Shown piece by piece: positions 37,922-51,009 of a DNA stretch of 64,000 bases. The stretch comes from Anthoceros angustus. Taxonomy: Eukaryota; Plantae; Anthocerotophyta. Location: positions 1-64,000 of the forward strand of contig MU008161.1 of NCBI GenBank assembly GCA_010909165.1, written 5' to 3'. The notes below the pieces were generated by a model. That model was not told the origin of the DNA. It searched no databases and worked only from the letters and a program-made list of their open reading frames with translations. Position 1 is the stretch's first letter. Each line of letters opens with the position of its first letter. The translations under genes were made by a program, and so were the position numbers.

Positions 37922-38935
37922 GTTGAGAATTACTTGTGTATGGAACTAGCGACCATGAAACTTGGGCTGAGAATTACTTGGATACAGAACTATCATGTCT
38001 AGAATTGATGGAGAATTACTTGGATAAGGGATTAGCATATATGAAACTTAAGATGATAATTACTTAAACATGGAACTAATGTGTATGGAACTCAGGTTGG
38101 GAATGAATTGGATATGGAACTAGTGTATATGAAACTCTTGAGAATTACTTGCATATAGCGTGTTGAATTACTAGCGTGTGTTGAGCCTATGTTGAGAATC
38201 ACTTAGATTTAGAACTAGCGTATGTGAAACTCAAGTTAAGAATTACTTAGATTTGGAACTAGGTCGTATGAAACTCAGATCAAGAATTACTTGGATATGA
38301 AACTAATGTATATGAAGCTTAGCTTGAGAATTACTTGGATATGGAACTAGTTAGCGTGCATGAAACTCAGGCTGAGAATTACTTCAATATAGATTTAGTG
38401 TGTACGGAATTCATGGTGAGAATTACTTGGATAAGGAATTACTTGGATATGGAACTAGTTAGCGTGCATGAAACTCAGGCTGAGAATTACTTCAATACAG
38501 ATTTAGTGTGTACGGAATTCATGGTGAGAATTACTTGGATAAGGAATTACTTGGATATGGAACTAGTTAGCGTGCATGAAACTCAAGCTAAGAATTACTT
38601 GAATACAAATTAGTGTGTACGGAATTCATGGTGAGAATTACTTGGATAAGGAATTAGCAGATATGAAACTCAAATTGATAATTGCTTGGACATGGAACTA
38701 GCGAGTATGGAACGTTGAGAATACTTACATATGGAACTAGCGTGTATGGAACTTAGGTTGAGAATTACCTGGATATGGAACTAGCGTATATGGAACTTAG
38801 GTTGAATTACTTGGATATGGAACTAGCGTATATGAAACTCATGTTAATAATTACTTGGATGTGGAACTAGAGCGTATAAGACTCAAAATTGAGAATTACT
38901 TAGATATTGAACTAGTAAGTGTAGAACTTAGGTCA
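37922..38935. repeat. ~42 bp satellite, right arm, with a 102-bp higher-order triplication at ~38330-38640
   Basis: Same consensus as 34800-35412. ORF 38335-38613 translates as three near-identical 34-aa blocks (the third partial). Confidence 0.92.
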
Positions 38936-39109
38936 AGGAAAACTTCTCAGACTAAGATCTTAAATGATTTCATCCTCATTATAAGACTCGGTGCGTCGTC
39001 ATCTTTCAACAATGGGAGAAAAACTCAATGTTGACAATTGTACGTACCCTAATTAGCTATTTTGTTGGTGTAGTGTCATGAATTTTGCAACTAGACAAGA
39101 CACATTGAA

Positions 39110-39240
39110 CAACTGTTAAGCGGATCTATGCTGGAAATAAGGCAGGCGGTAGACCACGTGGCTCTATGTCAGGTTGGTAAGTCTAACTAGACCTAACTAT
39201 TAAGGGTAGTTAAATAACTAACAAGATAGTTAATAAGACA
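39110..39240 (+). mobile_element. LTR fragment related to the inverted LTR at ~60250-60375
   Basis: Reverse complement (taactac...aggtctagttagacttaccaac...ccacgtggtct..ccgcctg) aligns with 60268-60375. Confidence 0.5.
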
Positions 39241-41109
39241 CACTCGACGATATATCGATGTAAAAAGCTTACATCTGAATCCACCTTGTTAGTTGGTGCA
39301 TAGGCTTCCATATAAGCAATCCTAACTTTGTATCAGAGCATAGAGCATTTCTGAAGGATTGTGGAAGATTCCAGATTTCTATAGGCTAATATAGGAAATT
39401 AGTTTCCTACACAAGGCTTTTTGAATGAGAAGCCCTATTAAAATTCTCAATTTAAAACTCTAGGCGCAATTATTATGCATAAGAGTCATGATTGCAATAT
39501 GCCATTTTTCCTCCTTTTTCAATTTTATCAAAAGAGCCTTAGTCGCATGCAGACACTCTTATGCTTATATGTCCTTTTAGTAAATAGAGAGAAAAAAGGA
39601 AAATACAAAATCAAAATGAAGGAGTTTGATGTCGGAGGGCTCGACGCTCCCCTCCTCACTTGCAACAGCATGAGATCTGAAGGAAACCTTGACTTCAGTA
39701 CAAGTTAGAGAAAGGAATGGCAAGTAATAGGTCATGGTGATGTTGGTTGAGCTTCAAATTTTGACACCACGAAGAGTTTGTAATTGCACTGGTTTCTCTT
39801 TGCCTCTAGGATAGTTAGCTAGAGTTGTAAGACTAAACTTTGCTGAAGTTATCTTCCGAGCGTTAGGCTGAATGCAAGGCTCTCACCAATGCATGCAAGG
39901 AAGCAGAGTGAGAACATCGATTTCTGGAGTCGGTGAATTTGCCTTAGACTGGCCCTACTCAGGTTCTCTAAGAGAACATGTTGGCCATAACATTAGTGTC
40001 CAATTCCATGTTGCATGTCCGAATAAAGCACATGGACTTACACTTTATCATATTTGAGATATGGCAGGACAAGGTAGATGGCCTCTGGACGCTCTAATAT
40101 CATGTTGAGTTTTGGTATGTTGTTTCACCTATTATTGTTTTTAGTCAGTATGCATGTAAGTATATCTTACCAACATTTAGTATAGCAAATATTTAAATTA
40201 ATAATACTATTAATGAAACATATATTAAATTATTAAATTTATTTACTAAATATTTAGCTTAATTAGATTAAATAGCTTATGTATATGGGACAAGTTATGG
40301 CATTTCCATGTTCTTTGACTTGCAAATTACAAGTAAAATGACAAATGAATAAAACATTATAAGAAATGATAAAGTTACTTTAAAGTTCATATAAAATACA
40401 TTATAATTAGTCCATAGTTAAAATTTTTATTTTGATTGAATGTGTATGTACTTAATTCATAGAAAATCCAATTGAGCATGAGTCACTAATGTGTATGTAT
40501 AAGGATCCTCACCTTGACTCTTGGATTTTGGATCTTTAGATGCATGATGAGAATAAGAAACATAATGTTCACCCTCTAAAGAAGCTTAATACATTCTTTT
40601 ATTCACTCACATACTCGACGTTTATTAAGAACTTTTAAGACAAATCACATTGTAATAGAATGTATTTTTCTCTTTGGCAGCTTTGTCCACATGATAATCA
40701 CCTTATGGCAAGGAGGCAAAATGATGAAAGTAATAACTAATACTAGTGAGATGATAAAAGACAAGACATTCACACATGGTTATTAGCCATAACACGGTGA
40801 CAACATAACCTTGGCTATATTAAATACACTTAGAGGGATGTGTTAACTCGGGTGTAAAATTGAGGAGTTATGTGAGTTGGTGCACGCCTTACCCTTGACT
40901 ACACGTCGTGCCCGGCGTGCAACATACGGGCGCAACTCGAGGGTTATGTGAGTAAGGTAGTATCACATGTAGCAAGTTAGAGCCCGGTTTGTGTGGCGAC
41001 ATGATGAGCATGACGGACGTGGACATCGCTATGCTCTAACTTCATGTGAGTGAGGTACAACATAAATGCGAGATGAGAGAGAGAAAGAGGCTTGTTACTC
41101 GTCGTAACT

Positions 41110-41278
41110 GAGGCTAGGGACCTCAAGGTTCGGGAACACTCACAGGGTCGGTTGCCCAACGTACCATTGCACCCGCGTGAGATTATACTGAGAGGCTAGG
41201 GACCTCAAGGTTCGGGAACACTCACAGGGTCGGTTGGTTGCCCAACGTACCATTGCACCCGCGTGAGATTATACTGAG
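41110..41278. repeat. ~82-86 bp direct tandem duplication
   Basis: gaggctagggacctcaaggttcgggaacactcacagggtcgg...gagattatactga occurs twice. Confidence 0.9.
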
Positions 41279-41879
41279 ATGAGATAAAGCTAAAAATAGG
41301 ACGAAAGTAAAACTGGCAAGCGTGGGCGCGGGCGTGCAAAGTTATCCATGCGCACGTACAAATGTGGTTTACTCACACGAGACATGTGACTCAGAGACAG
41401 ACGATCGAGGCGTGTATGATGAAGGTAAGATTCGAGAACGACTTGCGGCGTGTAGGCAATTATGGGTGCCGGAATGTGGACTTGGATTATCATGAACGCG
41501 ATTTGTGGGGCCAGGATTTGGATATGGTGTGCGGCGGGGGCGGAATATAGATATGGATTAGTATGAATGTGATGTGCTGTGATGCTGAGTCGGAGTTTTG
41601 TAACTAAAAAATGAAGGTATTTGCTAGAGATGAGTAAGATGCACAATGAGTTTGGTGTGACTTTTGGTTATGAGATGGAAGTGTTGATTGTTTAGATTGG
41701 GTGACGTGTGGAAGGCCTTATAAGGTTGTATGAGTTTAAAGAGAAGAGAAGGGCCCAATTTTTAGGGTGTCCGGATAACCGTCTTTGACCCGCAAAGCGA
41801 AGGCGGGGGAGGATCGAAGGGCTGGGTTATGGGCTCGTGTGGAGTATGGTGCATGGCATGCCGTGACTGCCAGCCGGCT

Positions 41880-41906
41880 GTCGTCTGGCGTCTGCTCTGC
41901 CGTCTG

Positions 41907-41945
<39 letters not shown>

Positions 41946-42360
41946 GGTCCGCGTCTGCGTCTGCGTCTGTCTGCGTCCGCGTCTGCGTCTGCGTCTGCGC
42001 CTGGGGCCTGGGCCTGGCAGTCCTCTCGCCTGTGGGAGCCTCCGACCCGACTGTGACCGACTGACCGGGTGCGTAAAAGAGCGGAGGGCAGTGGCAGGAA
42101 TATTAATAATTATGCAGAGGGTGCCAGGCAGAGGAGGTGCGGGTGCACAAAGCACGACTTTATTGAACCCTGTGCCGGGCCTGTGCCTGGGCCTGTGCCT
42201 GTGCCTGGGCCTGTGCCTGTGCCTGTGCCTGTGCCTATGCCTGTGGCTGTGCGTGATGCAAATTCACGAGGCCGGCAACGGAAGGGAAGGGAAGGGAAGG
42301 GAAGGGAAAAGCCTCCGTTCCCGTTCAGGGTTGAGGGTTGAGGGTTGAGGGTTGAAGGAA
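41880..42360. repeat. Microsatellite cluster (CTGCGT)n, (GCCTGT)n, (GGGAA)n, (GGGTTGA)n upstream of the BZR gene
   Basis: Direct reading. Confidence 0.9.
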
Positions 42361-43386
42361 GCACCCCCTCCTCGATTGAAGTGGTGAAGTGAGAAGCGGG
42401 TACGGTACATACATGCAATGCAGGCACTCTTTGGCATGCCCCGCCAAGCCGGCCAAGCGGGCAAAGCCAAGCCCGGCCCGCCTTTGCGTATCTCGCGTAA
42501 TGCAACACGGGCGCGCCAAAATCCCCATCATTAAACTAGGCCATTACCCGTGACACCCGGACCCTCCGGCGTCCTCGTATACGCGTTGAGACATGAGATG
42601 ATGCGGGGCTGGATGGATGGATGGATGGATGGATGGGCTGTGGGTGTAGAGGTGTAAGGGGGGATGGGGTGAAAGCGAGGACAGACAAGCACAGTGCAGC
42701 GCGGCGTGGGCCGACACTGACAATTTTACTGCGGCGACTGCTGTTTTTACGGCCCCCCCATCTTCCCTCCCGCACGCAACCACGGCCGCTTCGGTCCCGA
42801 CCCTCTCTCCTCTCTCTGCCTCCCTTGAAGGCCCTTCTGCTCTGCCTCCCCTCTCTCGCCTCCCTTCCTCCTTTCTCGCTCTGCCTTGTACCTACTACTA
42901 CCTCTTCTCTTGTGCGCGCTCTCCGCTCTCCGCCCTCCGCTCGCCGCTCGCTGCGTTGCTTGCCCGGTAGCTTCCGCCTTGCTGCTCGCTCTTGCTCTTG
43001 CTCTTGCTCTTGCTCTCGCTGCCTGCTCTTCTGCTCCTGCTGCTTCTCTCGCCGGATCTGTCTCGCGCGCTCTCCTCCCCTGCCTCGGTCTGCTCTCTTC
43101 TGCAACGTTGCTTGCTTGCCTTCTCTGTGTGTGTGCGTGTGCTGCATTCCGTGCTGCTGGCTGCAGAAGCGCAGCGGCGTAATTGCGTGCGGGCTTTTGT
43201 GGGGGGCCGGGAGGGGGGGCATTCTTGTGGAAGATGCTGCTTCTGCAGAGCGGGAGAGCGGGGTGACGGGGGGGAGGAATAGAGGAAGGAAAAGGAAGGA
43301 GAGCGCTGATTTTGTGTGAAATTTTGCGCTTCTTGGCGGAGGATTTTGGGACGGAGTGCTTCTTGTATAAATTGGAGGCAAGGGAG

Positions 43387-44803
43387 ATGACCTCCGGTAC
43401 TCGGGCTCCCACCTTGAAGGAGCGGGAGAACAACAAGCGCCGGGAGCGACGCAGGCGTGCAATTGCTGCAAAAATCTTCACCGGCCTGCGCCAGCACGGC
43501 AACTACAAGCTCCCTAAGCACTGCGACAATAATGAGGTCCTCAAGGCGCTGTGCGCCGAGGCCGGCTGGACCGTGGAGTCTGACGGGACCACTTACCGGC
43601 CGGTATGTATGCACTCTCTACTCCCCCTTTCCCAGTTGCTTGCAGCGTGTGCTTGCTTTGCTGCAACAGCTGCTGGATCTGTGCGGAAATTTGAGCAATG
43701 CTTTGGCTTCTGTGTGTGCAGGGAAGCAAGCCGGCTTCCACCAGCATCACAGTGTGCACTTCCCCCTCCGACAGCCCGACTTCGTCTTACCCGGGGGCCA
43801 GCGAGGGCGCGTCGCTCATCCCCTGGCTCAAGGGGCTTTCCTCGTCGGCTGCAGCGGCGGCGGCGGCGGCGGCGGCGGCTGGGCACGGCGGGGCAGCGGG
43901 CACCGGCAGCGCCAGCAGCAGCAGCGGGCTTCCCCCGCTGCACGTGCTGCACGGGAACGGGGGTAGCAGCGCGCCGGTGACGCCGCCTCTGAGCTCTCCT
44001 ACCAGCAAGCCGCAGGTGAAGCCGGAGTGGGACAGGCTGGTGGAGGCGGGAGGCGTGGTCTCGGGGCGGCTGCGGCTGCTGCCGCAGCCGGAGCAGGAGC
44101 AGGAGCAGGAGCGGAGGAGGAGGAGGAGCAGGAGTTCCTCCCAACTGCCCGGCCACCGTCTTCTCGCACATGAACGCGTGGCGGGTGCATCCCCTGGCTA
44201 GCGGCAGCTGTGGCAGCCGACAGCAACCCGCCCATGCCGCCTCCCTACTTCCGTCCGCTGCCGACAGAGGCGGCCGAGGTTTGCCTGCCGTCACCGTCGG
44301 AAACCGGGGAGGAGTCGGTGTCTGTGTCGGCGTCGCCTTCTCCTGCGGGTCCCATGAGCGTGGATTACAGCGGGAGCTTCGGCTATGGCGGGGTGAACGG
44401 GCTGGGGCAGTGGGTGGGCGGAATGCGGGTGCAGACGGTGATGTCGGGGCTGGCGCCCAGGGTGCCCGCCGTGGGCGTCATGGGGCTGGGGCCCTTCGCC
44501 AGCTCCCGCTCCAATTCTGGAGCCGACACGCCCAACCAGAGCCAGCAGCAGCAGCAGTGGCGCGGGGGAAATCGGAGCAGCGTCAGCCAGTCTCCCGCCA
44601 CCAGCGTCTCCATGGGGCTCAATCCCCTGGCCGGGAAGGGGGTCATGATGCCCCACCATCATCACCATCACTCCCAGCATCAGCACCAGCAGCATGGCAT
44701 CGCAGGAGCAGGTGGAGCAGTAGGAGGAGGAGGATACGACTCGGAGGGGGAGTCGGAGCGGAGAGTGGCGGACGATCTGGAGCTCACTCTGTGCACGCGG
44801 TGA
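43387..44803 (+). CDS. BZR1: BES1/BZR1-family transcription factor; exon 1 43387-43602, exon 2 43722-44803 (2-3 apparent single-base frameshifts at ~44065-44195)
   Basis: BES1_N domain [58 protein letters not shown], intron after [24 protein letters not shown], and C-terminal EAR motif DDLELTL. The symbol denotes the family, not proven orthology. Confidence 0.93.
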
Positions 44804-46987
44804 CGGGGGGTGGTCAGGGCGAGGGGCAGGGGTCTGGCATTTGGTGGTGCCTGGAGCCGTGTGGAGATGGTGCAACGTTGCGGATACAGGGTGGGCGTAG
44901 CGTAGCAGTAGTAGCCGGGGCTTAGGACACTTACACACAGCCAGCGAGCCGTGCAGGCAGACCGCAGTCGTAGACGCAGTCGACGTCTGCCTGCCTGCAC
45001 AATTTTTGACAATGCTGGAGAGGCATTGCTGCTGCCGCACTCACGCCTCCTGAAGGTAATATCACTTTCATCACCTCGCGTAATGTCTGCTGTTACTTTT
45101 TGGGAGTTGCTTGCAGTAGGAGTAGTCGTGGTAGGAATGACAGGCAATTGACATTAAGCGTGACTGGGTTGTGGTGATGGCAGGCAGGCATTGCATGGAA
45201 GGCCACCGCTGGACAGGGACGCCGACAGGGGACAGGACAGGGTACAGGACAGGGACAGCCGTCACAGACTGCATACCGGATGAGCGTGTATTTTGGCACC
45301 ACTCTTCTCCAGTCACTCACATCTCCATCGCACCAAACAGCAAAAAAAAAACAAGGCCGAGTATGGAAGGAAGCGAGGGAGGAAGGAAAGCTGCATAGGT
45401 ATATATATGCCTAGAGTAGGAGAGAACTTTGATGAGGTTGGCAGTGAGTGTCTGGATCTGTAAATATTTTGCATCGCCGTCTGAACTGAATGTGGCTGTG
45501 AAAAACTATCGTGCTGACCTGTAGCGCTAGCCTGCTTGCTGTGGCTTGGACGACGGACGTCAGGAGAGGGGGGCTTGACCCCCTCACATTATTTTCCCAC
45601 TTGTTAGCAGCAGCCTGTAACATTTCTCCTCGAATTATGTGCCCGAAATGGCCTGGCTGCCGCGCTTGTTTGCTGCTTATAGATAACCTGCTGCTGTTAC
45701 CTCTGCTGCTGCCGTGTGTGTGATGACGAATGCAAATGCGTTGCAAACTTGTTTGGGTTTATGGGCAGTATGTAGTAGGTAAGGGGTGGTGAGGGCAGAA
45801 GAGAAACGCCATCGGTCTTCTCTCGTCGTTCTCCTCTCTGATGCGTAGACCTGAGCAGCAGCAGCGGCAGCAGTAGATGGATAGATATCAGCAGTGCTCC
45901 CGAGTCGAGTGTGGACTGTCGACCCACACACACAAACAGTGTCACACTTCCCTGCGTCAGCGTCACAGCGTGCGGTACTACTGGTCACATGGTGGGAGGA
46001 GGTGCAGGAGATCCGGCAGTAATGGCGGGGCGAGCGCAAGCCAGGCCAGGCCCAATGCGTCCAAATGTGGCAGTGGCGGAGCATGTTCCTTTCCCCATCC
46101 GCATCCCGATTCCCGTTTCCCGATTCCCCATTCCGCATTCCCCCTCGGCCGTGTTGTAAGTACATGCATACCGCGTCCCCTACTAGTTCCCTTCCCGTAA
46201 CCCTTGGCCATTGCCATTGCGTTTGGCTCCCGTCGGTGGGGACAGGCAGCACCTTGCGAGCCAGCGCGGGCGGTACCAAGAGCGTGTAGGTTGATGTCAT
46301 CCTCGTTCCGTCCCGTCCACCCCGGGCCCCGCCCCGCCCCGTCCCCCACGTCACATCACGCCCTACCACCACACCACGGCCACCACCCCCTCGTCGCACC
46401 TTCCTCCCTGGACCCCTGCTGCTGCTGAATGTAATGCACTCCCTCAGGATACATCTACATGCATCCACACCACCAGCCTTCAGCCACTAGGGGGTGGACT
46501 ACAAGATAGTGTGAGATACATGTCCGCATTTGCAGCAAATCCGCTGGAGATATTACGGGACCGGGTGGGTGCAAAAATCCACCTTCCCCTAAATGCTTCC
46601 CCGGGGTTGGTTGCGGACACGAACCAAACCGGACGTAAGTGGCCAACTTGGGCATGGCAGTTTCACATTGTTTAGGGAATGTGGGCTATGGTTTGGTGGA
46701 GTTGATGCAGCTGGGAAAGAGGAGGAAGGTGTTCGGTACAGTGAACAGAAGGAAGGGGGAGGGGGCCGGGCACAGGGCTGGGCCTGGCCTTGCCTACATT
46801 CAGTTACGGTAGCAGCAGAGACTGTTGGGAGTCGGTGGGCTACACCTCATCGCCCCCCGACTTTGTCAGCACTGCACTGCAGTTGCCAACCGGTACACGC
46901 CCTACAAAGCCCAAGGCTTGAAACCCAAAACAAGGGAAAAACAGAGCATGTCAGGAATCGGATCCATGGGAGTTACACACACACCCG

Positions 46988-46995
<8 letters not shown>

Positions 46996-47045
<50 letters not shown>

Positions 47046-47060
47046 CACACTCACACACTC
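46996..47060. repeat. (CA)n / (CACACT)n microsatellite
   Basis: Direct reading. Confidence 0.95.
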
Positions 47061-49061
47061 GTTCACGCTGTGTGGCATCATCATTTCACAAACCTGCAAG
47101 CAGCACTGCGCTGGACTACATAGCGGCAGCCCATAGCTGGGGCTGAGGAGAAGGATGATGACCCCGTGTCCATCATTCATTGCAGGCCCCACCCCACAAC
47201 TTCTTCATCAAAACATCTCTCCCACACAAGCCAAGCGGCTTGGCCCGATGCCTGCTGCTGCAGCAGCTGCTCCCCTTTCTCTCCAAACCTTTACTACCTC
47301 TGTCCCCTTGGAGCCTTCCCTTCCACGCTCGGTTCCCTCATGACTTGGAAATCGGAATCCTGCGTTGCTGGGCTGTTTGTTTTGTCCATGATACCGCTCG
47401 TGTGAGGGTGGCACTGGCAGGACTGTTACACCCGCCGAGGCAGAGAGGCAGGAGGAAGACGCTTTCTGTTTTGTGGCAGAGGCAGAGGCAGAGGCAGAGA
47501 GGCAGAGAGGCAGAGAGGCACAGGCAGAGGCAGACGAAACGGGGTTGACCTCATCCTGTGGCTCCGTCTGCCCGGGACGGGGGCCTCCGTCGCGCCGTGA
47601 TCATACCCTCCAGCACGAGGAGGGCGTGAGTGCACGGAACGGAGTTCGTAACCGACGGGCCGCTTGGACTGGCTTTGCCAAACCCTTCCTGCCCGCCCCT
47701 TACGTTCTCCACGCATACCCTTACAATTCACATACATAACATTTCGGACCTGCTCGGGAGCCGGGAGCGCGTGGATTACTTCATTTGCCCTCAGGCCCGC
47801 TAAATCCTAATCGTCCATGCTCCGTGCGCGCAATCAAGGTGCCCACAATGATGCCAAACCCTAGTTATGTATGTATGTACACCCTCTATTACTGTACAGT
47901 GGGCATGTACACATACGCGTACGTGTATTACCTACAATACTTATGTCCACTCCTAATAACTCCATGCTTCTCCCGCACACGAAGAGCCAGTACATATGCA
48001 TCACGTACTGAGCCCGTTCTATATGATGTTATGAAGGCAATTCCTTCATTGTGATTGCATTCTTCCTCAACTGCTCATCACGATAGGAGAGATGAGAAGC
48101 ACACAGAGACTGGTGAAGAAGATGAGGCCCGACTCCTCTGCCCTGTTCCCACCCACGTGATGGTAACTCAAGACGATTGCTGGCAATCTTGGATGTCAGT
48201 TCCCCATGCTTCACTTGTGCTCGTTCCTGAATAACCCATATTGCCTAGTCGGCAACAGCCTGCTTGCAAAGCTTGTAGATCGGTCGGTCTGTCCACCTCC
48301 TTCTTGGAAACACCTCCCTCTGTCCGCTTCTCAGCAATGTCTCCCATGGTCTGCAGGCAAGCTCCTGCTTGCATTCTGTGATGTACTTTGTGATGCGCAG
48401 GAAGCTTGTTAGCAGAGACCCTCCTGTTCTCAGAGAACTGCGGGGATGCCGTCCAGATGTTTGGAAGACAAGAACTCAGGTGCTGCTGTCCCAGTAGGCC
48501 TACATGAGCTCGGCAAGTTCTGCCTCCTGTAATGTTAATAGCTACATGTTCTGCTGGCTGTATCCCCTCGCACTGTCATGACCCTCCCTGTGCAACTGCA
48601 TTTACGTTGCTGTGGGCCGGCGTGCAAGCTCGAAGGAAAACGATATGGAAGTGCTGGAAGAAAACGGAATGAAAAAGTAGGCTAGCAAGGAAGTGTTTGG
48701 GGCCCAAGGAAGGACCAGATTGGAACAAGTGAAATTGGAGTGAAAGTTAAGGAAATGCTAACGCAGCCTTCAGTTTCCAGAGCCACATGTGTATGTACAT
48801 AGCAAGAGGGAAAATTGCGTAGAGCGCAGGGGGAAATTAGCACATGCATAATAGCTGCCTACCCCCTCGATTTAGGAAGAGACGCGCGATCTGGATAAGA
48901 TAACAGTGTCCCGGTCCACGACTTGGAGGAATCTTGTCCGAGTTGGAGGCGGGGGGTGCGGCCGGGAGTTCCATGCTTGGTGCGAGCCAACGGCTGGCTG
49001 CCGAGCAGGCTCGGAAACCCCACCGGCGACTGAGTCGACGGCGGCAGAGGCGGTGCAGCAC

Positions 49062-49796
49062 ATGCCAAGTGGCAGTTCCGTCACTGCCTTGAAGCAGGCC
49101 GAGCGCGAGACGCCGCTGGAGTCGAGGAGTCTCGAATTTGAGCACCGAACATGGCAGATGGCCACCATGGAGGAAATGCCCGCCGCGACTATCAGCATGA
49201 GCAGCCAAGGGCTGAAGCGCAGGATCTGGAGCAGCGAGAGCGCAGGGCCGGGGCCGGGGCCAGGGCCGGGGCCGGGGCCGGGGCCGGGGCCGGGGCCAGG
49301 GTCAGGGCCAGGGCCAGGGCTAGGAGAGGGGCAGCCGCACAAATTTGGCAAGATGGCTGAGGGCCACAGCCCGCGCACGCTCACCACCACCAGGCTCGCA
49401 TTGCAGAGGTGCATCACCGAGGTAGAGAGCACGGGAATGGGAGCTTCGTCCCAGGATCTTGCCGCCCTGCGCATCCACGCTAAGCGCCTGGTTGACGTAA
49501 TTGACGGTGCCATGCTTGCCGCTTGCGCCAGGGAGAAGGAGCAGGCCGCGGCGCAGGCCGCTCTCTTTGCTAACCGCGAGGTGGAGAAATTGCGCCGCCA
49601 GAGGGACGCCAGTGAGAAGGCTGCCGTCGACGAGATTAGAAAGATGCGGGAGGAGCGGGCCACTGTGGAGGCGCTTGCTGCCGCCGAGCGTATCAAGCGT
49701 GTTGTTGGCAACGAGGCTGCCAATTTCGCTGGCTATTTGCAGCACAACAAGGTGGAGGATGAGATATCCTGTTTCTTCAGATACCTTTCTTCGTGA
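49062..49796 (+). CDS. Uncharacterised protein with Gly-Pro repeat and C-terminal coiled coil (open from 48906; first ATG 49062)
   Basis: Uninterrupted 296-codon frame with a helical E/K/R/A-rich C-terminal half (AREKEQAAAQAALFANREVEKLRRQRDASEKAAVDEIRKMREER). No family recognised. Confidence 0.55.
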   Translation: MPSGSSVTALKQAERETPLESRSLEFEHRTWQMATMEEMPAATISMSSQGLKRRIWSSESAGPGPGPGPGPGPGPGPGPGSGPGPGLGEGQPHKFGKMAEGHSPRTLTTTRLALQRCITEVESTGMGASSQDLAALRIHAKRLVDVIDGAMLAACAREKEQAAAQAALFANREVEKLRRQRDASEKAAVDEIRKMREERATVEALAAAERIKRVVGNEAANFAGYLQHNKVEDEISCFFRYLSS

Positions 49797-51009
49797 TGGC
49801 AGGTGCAGGTTTTCTTTGCACCTGTGCCACATTGCTCCTCCGCAACAGCTCGGCATCTGGCTTGCATATGGTGGCGGATGTATTTACCCGTACTGCCTGG
49901 CGGAGCGATGAAAGGCAATGGAGCTGTTTGTATCACCTGCTTTGCTCCTCCTGTATTACATACTTGGAGCTTCTGACAATGTGGGCGCCGAATTGGCGCC
50001 AAGAAGTGCGTTGAGTGTGTTCAGCTCTCAAAACACCCGACATTGGTTTACCTATATAGGTCTAGGATTTTTTTTTGGTCAATGTTGTCTGTTTTCATAG
50101 CTGTACGTTATTCAAGTTCGTTTGTAGGTGTCACTCGGTGCGCTGCAGTCTTTCTACTTTGGCAGCCCCGGGTTCATCCTTTAGTGTCTGGACGGGCAGA
50201 GATGGAGAGCAAAACCTAGATTGAGGTGTAGGCGTAGAGGGCTCGGCCACCAACTTGTTCTTGTCTTCCTTTTCTCTGTCTGCGAATGCCAGCTTCATGA
50301 GACAGGACAGCAGCATGCAACCGCGATCCGATAGACAACGGAGGTGCGTACCCAGCAGGACTGTCAGCCAGGGCTAGTGTCTCGCTATCTGCTTATTCTG
50401 TTTCAATCGGAGGAGCAGTTCGGGAGTTGTTGGCTTCTGGCTGCGGAAGGGGACCTTAGTTCCTCCCGCTCAACTGGAGGAAGCATCAACTGGACAAAAT
50501 GGCATGTCAGAGGTGACGAGCATGCATGCCCCACGTTGCAGCTTTTCAGATAATGTTCCAGGTTGCGCTGTCAGGAATGGCAAGTGACAGTTTTGGGGGC
50601 TTCTTGAGCAGCCCATGTCACGTAGCGTGTCATGGATTTAAAATCCTTCTGCAGGTGAGTGCTCCCAGCAAGCACTGTGTCTCGTCAGGTGATACAACGA
50701 CTGTGAGGAGACTCGCCGACAGACAGACGGACAGGCAGACAGGACGGCTTGGAAAGGTTGCTCGACAAGGGCAAGGATACATAAATGGCTATGGACAGCA
50801 ATCAAGGCTCCGGTAGATGGAAACCTTGTAGTTACCTCAGGTTCAAATCCGTGTGTGAGACTGGAGGTTACAGATCTAGGTTAAAAGAGGACAACTTGTT
50901 TGGACAAATGAAATAATCAATAATGATACAGTCATCAAGCACAAGAATCCTCAAAGAAGGAACGGTGATCCCGATAGGACTATAGAATTAAGCAGTAATG
51001 ATACATTCA

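Noticed and set aside
42328-42355. Interstitial telomeric repeat
   Set aside because: Only four TTGAGGG-type units, not TTTAGGG, and they lie among many other microsatellites.
41736-43471. Long overlapping ORFs upstream of BZR (311, 251, 232, 187 aa)
   Set aside because: Low-complexity translations of GC-rich microsatellite leader and promoter DNA, with no domain signal.
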